In this document: piece after piece, positions 58,372 to 64,000 of the stretch
How positions within the stretch are numbered: the first letter of the stretch is position 1
Layout of the letters: each line of letters begins with the position of its first letter
Source: Candidatus Aminicenantes bacterium
GTDB lineage: Bacteria > Acidobacteriota > Aminicenantia > Aminicenantales > CALLJL01
Reading direction: 5' to 3'
Assembly (NCBI GenBank): GCA_037441905.1
Contig: JBBIRF010000006.1
Coordinates: 18,675-82,674 of the forward strand
Length of the DNA: 64,000 bases
Notes under the pieces: generated by a model
Database searches by the model: none
What the model saw: only the letters and a program-made list of their open reading frames with translations
Told to the model about the DNA's origin: nothing
Translations under genes and position numbers: made by a program

Positions 58372-59154
58372 GTGAGAAAAAAAATTTTACTCACAGTGGC
58401 CGGTTTTGACCCTTCAGGCGGCGCCGGTGTTATTCTCGACCTGCACGTTTTCCGGTCCTTAGGGTTCCAGGGAACAGCAATCGTCACGACCATGACCAGC
58501 CAGAACATCCGCCAGGTTCTGGCGATAAAGCCTTTGCCGGCCCCTTTTGTTTGGTCTCAATATCAGGCTTTAAAGAAAGATTTTTCCTGGCAGGGAATGA
58601 AAATCGGGTTAGCCGGCGGCAGAGCTCTTTTCCCGCTCCTCCGGCGCTTCCTGGAAGAACAAGCCGCCTGCCCCCGGGTAGTTGACCCGGTCTTCCGCTC
58701 GAGCTCCGGCGCCTGGTTCTTAGACCCAGAATCCATTCCCGCTTTCTTAAAAACAATCGCTGGCCGTGCTTCAGTTATCACCCCTAACTTACCCGAAGCT
58801 CAGTTGATAACCCGGATGAGAATCAGGGAAGTCGCGGATATGGAAAAGGCAGCCAGAAAGATATTTGAACTTACAGGCGTTCCTTGTTTGCTCAAGGGAG
58901 GTCATCTCCCCGGGGAGTTAGCCGACGTGCTCTTTGCCGGCCAGAAAGCAAGAGTCTTTATTGCGAGGAGAATTCCGGCTGACGTTCACGGAACCGGCTG
59001 TTTTCTTTCGGCCTCACTTCTGGCTTATTTATCCCGCGGCCATGGGTTAGAGGAGGCCTGTCAATCGGCCATCAGGTTTACGCAGCGGGCAATCGCCAAA
59101 GCCAGTAAAGGACAAGGCGGCCGGACTATCTTTTCTTTCGTCGGCGAAGCTTGA
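58372..59154 (+). CDS. thiD: Hydroxymethylpyrimidine/phosphomethylpyrimidine kinase
   Basis: AGFDPSGGAG, VVDPV, ITPNLPEA, LLKGGH, HGTGC; GTG start. Confidence 0.88.
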   Translation: MRKKILLTVAGFDPSGGAGVILDLHVFRSLGFQGTAIVTTMTSQNIRQVLAIKPLPAPFVWSQYQALKKDFSWQGMKIGLAGGRALFPLLRRFLEEQAACPRVVDPVFRSSSGAWFLDPESIPAFLKTIAGRASVITPNLPEAQLITRMRIREVADMEKAARKIFELTGVPCLLKGGHLPGELADVLFAGQKARVFIARRIPADVHGTGCFLSASLLAYLSRGHGLEEACQSAIRFTQRAIAKASKGQGGRTIFSFVGEA

Positions 59155-59157
59155 GGC

Positions 59158-60219
59158 TCAGAAATTATGATTTGCAACCGTGGCCGGCTTCAGCTGGGTT
59201 TCGGCGGTGATAATCTCGTCAGCCCTTTTGAGGATATCAGCCGAAAAACTTATTCCTTGTTTCTTGGCGGCTAAAAGGTTCAGGTAAAGCTTTACCTCTT
59301 TGGGGTAGATGAAAGGGATGGACGCCGGGTTTTCGCCATTCTTAACCCTAATAGCCAGCTTTCCCGCCTCATACCCCATGGAAAAGAAATCAAGCCCTAA
59401 AGCAGCGCAAGCGCCGTTATAAGCCGCCAGAAGAAAACTGCCAAAAAGCGGCAGCGAGTTTTCTTCAGCCACTCGAGCGATAGAAGCAAACGAGGCATTT
59501 ATCGTGTTATCCGAAATCGGAAAAAAACAATCGATTTTTCTCGAGACTAACACCTGGGCGCCGACGAGAACATCGTGGGGCGAACTCACGGGCACGGCGA
59601 TGATTTCGAGGTTTAGCTCCGCCGCGGCTTCCCGGGCTAACTGGAAATAATATTCAGAGTTAAGCTCCGAAGGCGTCCAGAGAGTGCCAATTCTTTTCGC
59701 CCGGGGCATGACTTCCTTGATAAAAACCAGAGTCTGTTTGATTGGGCCGGTGGAAGCTACTCCCGTCACGTTAGGCAAGTGGTCGTCCGGAGTCCGGCCA
59801 GCATTTATCAAATAGGGGTTGGCGACGGCCAAAAAGATAATCGGAATATCGCGGGTAACCATCATCGCTGCCTGGAGGCAGGGAGTTGAATGGGCGATGA
59901 TTAAGTTCTTTTTCTTTTCGACAAATTCGGCGGCGATCGCCTGCACCTTGTTGATTTCACCCAAAGCGTTCCTCACTTCGATATCAACCCCGGGACTCGG
60001 CCACAGACCGCTATCCTGAAGAGCCTGTAAAAAGCCCCGACGGGCTTCGTTAGCCGTCACCGAATCAACCACCTGGAAATAACCAATCCGGTAGGTGGAC
60101 GCCTGCGGTTCCCGGCAAGCCGCCAACGCAATTAACAAAAATAAAACCGGAAAAGAAAAAAACAGGCGAATCCCGTACCCGCCCCTAATGCAAAGCCTGT
60201 GAGAAAAAAATCTCGCCAT
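59158..60219 (-). CDS. ABC transporter substrate-binding lipoprotein (aromatic amino acid-binding-like family)
   Basis: Lipobox LAAC, NALGE, HSTPCLQAA, DIPIIF, NVTGV, AALGLDFFSMGYEAG; no permease gene adjacent. Confidence 0.88.
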   Translation of the reverse strand: MARFFSHRLCIRGGYGIRLFFSFPVLFLLIALAACREPQASTYRIGYFQVVDSVTANEARRGFLQALQDSGLWPSPGVDIEVRNALGEINKVQAIAAEFVEKKKNLIIAHSTPCLQAAMMVTRDIPIIFLAVANPYLINAGRTPDDHLPNVTGVASTGPIKQTLVFIKEVMPRAKRIGTLWTPSELNSEYYFQLAREAAAELNLEIIAVPVSSPHDVLVGAQVLVSRKIDCFFPISDNTINASFASIARVAEENSLPLFGSFLLAAYNGACAALGLDFFSMGYEAGKLAIRVKNGENPASIPFIYPKEVKLYLNLLAAKKQGISFSADILKRADEIITAETQLKPATVANHNF

Positions 60220-60253
60220 CTTTTCAGCCGCCCTTTTAACTCTTTTTCTTTCC

Positions 60254-61255
60254 CTAAGGCTTTACTCCTAAGTGGGAAAACAATTGCGGGGAAACATTCC
60301 CGCCGCTAATGACCAGAGCTACCCGCCGGCCGAAAAATTCCTGCGCATGGCTGATAATCCCGGCCAGAGCCAGAGCCCCGGCTCCTTCGACCATCCGGCC
60401 GTGTTCTAAATAAATCAAGTCCATAGCCCGCCGAATCATCGCCTCGGAGACCGTCAATATTTTATCTACATACTGGCGGCAAAGGCCAAAGGTGATTGCC
60501 CCCGGCTCTATCCCGCCAGCCACGGCGTCGGCCAGGGTTTCCTTTTCCTCTATCTCGACAATCTCGCCAGCTTCAAGCGAAGCGGTCATAAAGGCAGAAT
60601 TGGCCGGCTCGACGCCGACCACCCTGATTTCTGGCTTGACTGATTTCACCAACCCGGCAATCCCGGCGATTAACCCGCCGCCGCCAACAGGAACAACGAC
60701 TACTTCCACTTCTGGCCAATCTTCGAGAATTTCGCAACCTATCGTCCCCTGACCATGAATTATCTCCGGGTCGTTATAGGGAGAAATAAAGCTCTTGCCT
60801 TCCGCTGCCGCGAATTTTCGGCCGTAGATTTCAGCCTGCTCGCAACTTCCCTCATACCGCACGACGGGAGCTCCGGCCTCAGCCAGCCTCTCGAATTTCT
60901 CCAGAGAAGCAGACTGAGGGACGAAAAGAAGAAGCGGCACTTCTTCCAGCTGGCAAGCCCAGGTTAAACCGAGGCCGTGATTTCCCGTCGAGGCGGAGAC
61001 AACCCCCCGGGCTCTTTCTTCTGGCGAGAGCGTCCTTAACTTGTTGAGGGCCCCGCGGAACTTAAACGAGCCTGTAACCTGTTTGCTCTCCCACTTCAGC
61101 CTGAGTTCAGCCTGGGCCACCTGGCTCAACCCGGGAGAGGGGGAAAGGGGCGTATGAAAAACCTCGGGAAAGATGCGCTCGCGAGCGGCCAGGACGCCTT
61201 CGGGAAAAGATACGCCCTCCATTCCATCCTCCTCACATCTTCCACTCTTCCTCAA
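60254..61255 (-). CDS. PLP-dependent threonine/serine dehydratase-like enzyme without ACT domain
   Basis: KWESKQVTGSFKFRGA, ASTGNHG, VPVGGGGL, ISGGN; true start may be MEGVSF. Confidence 0.9.
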   Translation of the reverse strand: MRKSGRCEEDGMEGVSFPEGVLAARERIFPEVFHTPLSPSPGLSQVAQAELRLKWESKQVTGSFKFRGALNKLRTLSPEERARGVVSASTGNHGLGLTWACQLEEVPLLLFVPQSASLEKFERLAEAGAPVVRYEGSCEQAEIYGRKFAAAEGKSFISPYNDPEIIHGQGTIGCEILEDWPEVEVVVVPVGGGGLIAGIAGLVKSVKPEIRVVGVEPANSAFMTASLEAGEIVEIEEKETLADAVAGGIEPGAITFGLCRQYVDKILTVSEAMIRRAMDLIYLEHGRMVEGAGALALAGIISHAQEFFGRRVALVISGGNVSPQLFSHLGVKP

Positions 61256-61515
61256 TATTAACCTTACCCGAGAGAAAAGCCAAGCTTTATCTTCAGACCT
61301 GGTTATCCTGTTAATTCTTTTTTTGTTAATCCTGTTTTTAAAAAGAACTGTTTTTTTCCTTATAATTCCAGCCCCGCAAGCCGATGAACTGCGGTTTACA
61401 ATCTTCAGCCAGAATAAACTCTCGGTATTTTTCTGATAAATTCATAATCCCACTGCCTAAATCAGCGGCCAAAAATAAAATTGTTTCTGGAGCCAGGTTT
61501 TCTTACAATAGGCGT

Positions 61516-62451
61516 ATGGCAAACTTCTATATCGGCCCGGCGGGCTGGAGCTATGAGGACTGGGAAGGGGTGGTTTATCCTCTTAAAAAAGGGCCGGGTT
61601 TTCATCCTTTAACCTTCCTCGCTGGCTACGTCAATTTTGTCGAGGTTAATAGCACTTTTTACCGACCTCCTTCGGTGGTGGTCTCACTTTCCTGGGTGCG
61701 CCGGATTTCGCCTTTCCCCGGTTTCCTCATGGCCATAAAGCTCCATCAGGTTTTTACCCATGAACGTCAGGGCTTTAGCGCCAAAGAGGTTGACGAGTTT
61801 AAGTTAGGCATAGAACCGCTCCGGGCGAAAGAAAAGCTGGCCGCCATCTTGATTCAATTTCCCTGGTCGTTCTATCTCAGCGCCGCTAACCTTGATTATT
61901 TGACCAGCCTTTTTCAGGCTTTTTCTGGCTATCCGCTGGCCGTCGAAGTCCGGCATGCCTCCTGGAATCGGCCTGAATTCTTCGCCCTCCTGAGGGAGTA
62001 TGACGTCGCCTTTTGCAACATTGACCAGCCGGTTATTAACCGTTCCCTCCGGCCGACAACTATTTCTACTCGCTCGGATTTTTCCTACGTCCGGCTGCAC
62101 GGCCGCAATTACCGGGACTGGTTCCGGGAAAATGCTGGCCGGGATGAGCGGTATAATTATCTTTATTCGCCCGAAGAGCTGGAGGAATGGGTCGAGCGGA
62201 TAAAAAAACTGGCCGAAAACACGGACCGGGTCTACATTGTAACTAATAACCATTACCGGGGTCAGGCGCTGACGAATGCGCTTCAACTGCGCCACCTTTT
62301 AACCGGCGAAAAAATCCCGGTGCCGCCGCTTCTTCTTGAAAAATACCCGGTCCTGGCAACCATTGCCCAGGAAGTGACCTCAGGCGAAATTCCTCTTTTT
62401 CCGAAAAAAGAAAAGCCAGAAGAAAATAAACCAAAAGATGCTCCGAAGTGA
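61516..62451 (+). CDS. DUF72 family protein
   Basis: IGPAGWSY, VEVNSTFY, QFP, EVRHASW, YVRLHGRN, YLYS, NNH; start moved to MANFY (61516). Confidence 0.92.
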   Translation: MANFYIGPAGWSYEDWEGVVYPLKKGPGFHPLTFLAGYVNFVEVNSTFYRPPSVVVSLSWVRRISPFPGFLMAIKLHQVFTHERQGFSAKEVDEFKLGIEPLRAKEKLAAILIQFPWSFYLSAANLDYLTSLFQAFSGYPLAVEVRHASWNRPEFFALLREYDVAFCNIDQPVINRSLRPTTISTRSDFSYVRLHGRNYRDWFRENAGRDERYNYLYSPEELEEWVERIKKLAENTDRVYIVTNNHYRGQALTNALQLRHLLTGEKIPVPPLLLEKYPVLATIAQEVTSGEIPLFPKKEKPEENKPKDAPK

Positions 62452-62460
62452 GGCTGAGGA

Positions 62461-63699
62461 ATGTGGTGGGAGAATGAGTTCTTGCGCTGGCAAAAAGGCG
62501 AGCTCTATCTCGATGCGCGGCCGGCTCGTCAGCTGGCCGCCGAATACGGCACCCCTCTGTTTGTTTACAGTCGCCGCCAATTGCTCGCTAACCTCGAAAA
62601 ACTAAAGCGAGCCTTTTCTTCTCATACGGAGTTCGAGCTGCGGGTGGCCTATGCCATGAAAGCTAACCCTCACGAGGAAATTCTCAAGTTACTCAGGGAC
62701 CAAGGAGCGTTGGTTGACGCCGTTTCTCCCGGTGAAGTGCAGGCTGCCCTCAAGGCCGGGTTTCCGGCTGAAAAAATTATTTTCACTGGAACCTCGGTTT
62801 CCGAGGAAGACCTGCGAGAAGTTATGAACTATCCGGGAATAATCATTAATATCGACGCGGCAGAACAAATCCCCTTGATGAAAAGGGTCCGGGATGCTTA
62901 TTTCCCGGGAAGAAAATACAGGGTGGCGGTGCGCTGGAATCCTGGGGTCGGGAAAGGATTTAACCCCAAGGTGACAACAGCCGGCAAAAGGTCGCCTGAC
63001 GGCACGCCGATTAAGTTTGGTGTCGAGGCGGGAAAAGTGGCGGCTGTTTTCAACCAAGCCAAGAAGGCCGGGTTCAGCGTGGTTGGGTTCCACCAGCACT
63101 TGGGCTCGGGCTGGACGGCCGCAGATTGGCCGGTGGTCAAGGAAGCAGTCAGCCGCATGGTGAAAAAGGCGGCCGAATTACACGCGCTTGGGTTTAACCT
63201 TGATTTTCTCGATTTCGGCGGCGGGATTTCGCCTGCCTATGAGGAAAAACAAAAAGCTTTTCCGGTCAATCAGTATGCCAGTTTTATCTGCGAGGAAATA
63301 AAAAGAGCTTGCCTTCCGGTGAGGCACATAATCCTCGAGCCAGGGAAGTTCCTGGTGGCCGATGCGGGCGTCCTGCTGGTCAAAGTTGTTTATCTTAAAA
63401 AAAGCTACGGAAACTATTTTGTTTGCGTCAACGCCGGGACCTATAACACCGTGCCGCGGCCGGCTATCTACGCCGAGGCTTATCATGAAATCATCAACTG
63501 CGTAACAAGAAGAACAGCCAGGCGAAAAGTGACGATTGCCGGCCATCTCTGCGAAACCGGCGACGTCTTTGGCACCGACCGGTTGATGCCTCTGCCGCGG
63601 CCGGGCGATATCTTAGCAATCCTTCATGCCGGCGCCTACGGCTACTCGATGGCTTCCCGTTTTAACCTGAGACAAATTCCGGCCGAAATTATTATTTAA
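62461..63699 (+). CDS. lysA: Diaminopimelate decarboxylase
   Basis: YGTPLFVY, YAMKAN (PLP Lys), KFG, HLGS, DFGGG, EPGK, LCETGD, AGAYG..M. Confidence 0.92.
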   Translation: MWWENEFLRWQKGELYLDARPARQLAAEYGTPLFVYSRRQLLANLEKLKRAFSSHTEFELRVAYAMKANPHEEILKLLRDQGALVDAVSPGEVQAALKAGFPAEKIIFTGTSVSEEDLREVMNYPGIIINIDAAEQIPLMKRVRDAYFPGRKYRVAVRWNPGVGKGFNPKVTTAGKRSPDGTPIKFGVEAGKVAAVFNQAKKAGFSVVGFHQHLGSGWTAADWPVVKEAVSRMVKKAAELHALGFNLDFLDFGGGISPAYEEKQKAFPVNQYASFICEEIKRACLPVRHIILEPGKFLVADAGVLLVKVVYLKKSYGNYFVCVNAGTYNTVPRPAIYAEAYHEIINCVTRRTARRKVTIAGHLCETGDVFGTDRLMPLPRPGDILAILHAGAYGYSMASRFNLRQIPAEIII

Positions 63700-64000
63700 T
63701 GGCCATCTCCCGATTAGTTGATAAAAGTAAATGCTTTATTGAATAACTATAAGATTTGATTGAGGTAATCATTGAGATTTAGGTCAAGAATGACAACGAG
63801 AGGATAGAGAGAGTCTTTTCTGTTGGGTAATCAATCTTAGCTTAACTTATTTCATATGTTTTCATTCTTCGGGGGTCATATTTCCAGCGACCAATTTGGA
63901 GAAGGGCCTAAATTTATTTTTTTCTTAGAATCGTTACCTCGTTCAATATCCGGCAGGATGTGGGAAAAGAAGGGAAAAATTTTTTAAAAAAGAATGGCCA

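Noticed and set aside
63700-64000. AT-rich tail of the window
   Set aside because: No ORF, RNA motif or repeat could be supported; probably intergenic sequence for a gene beyond the edge.

Overview
Gene-dense bacterial chromosomal window of mostly housekeeping genes. Gene style suggests Candidatus Aminicenantes/Acidobacteriota, but this is inference only. It carries feoAB (feoB runs off the left edge), an S46 dipeptidyl peptidase, secA, guaB and a rubredoxin-FTR/thioredoxin-like pair. Next come an M48 peptidase with zinc ribbons, a dNK-like gene with panBCD, a stand-alone AdhE-type aldehyde dehydrogenase, hflKC, a TonB-dependent receptor, rarA and merR-tRNA-Pro-cupin-surE. The second half holds pstSCAB1B2, an ABC-F ATPase, tRNA-Pro(CGG), a GH29/GH20/sugar-kinase/nucleotidyltransferase cluster and an RHH regulator with a 1288-aa histidine kinase. 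It ends with flavodoxin, acyl-CoA dehydrogenase-meaB-mce, thiD, an orphan ABC binding protein, a PLP dehydratase, DUF72 and lysA. No CRISPR array, transposase, integrase or prophage gene was seen. Most interesting signals: (1) two PstB ATPases whose degenerate motifs (LSLEQ signature in one, His-switch to Asn in the other) would fall in the same composite ATP site; (2) a dNK-fold protein heading the pan genes that has lost P-loop and LID catalytic residues, followed by hairpins before panB; (3) a 31-bp bipartite dispersed repeat (5 copies) that brackets an unexplained ~670-bp non-coding island; (4) a 6S-like structured RNA candidate; (5) a 51-aa CxxC protein below the ORF-track cut-off; (6) several apparently leaderless genes and Fur-like boxes. 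All family calls come from motif recognition, not database searches.
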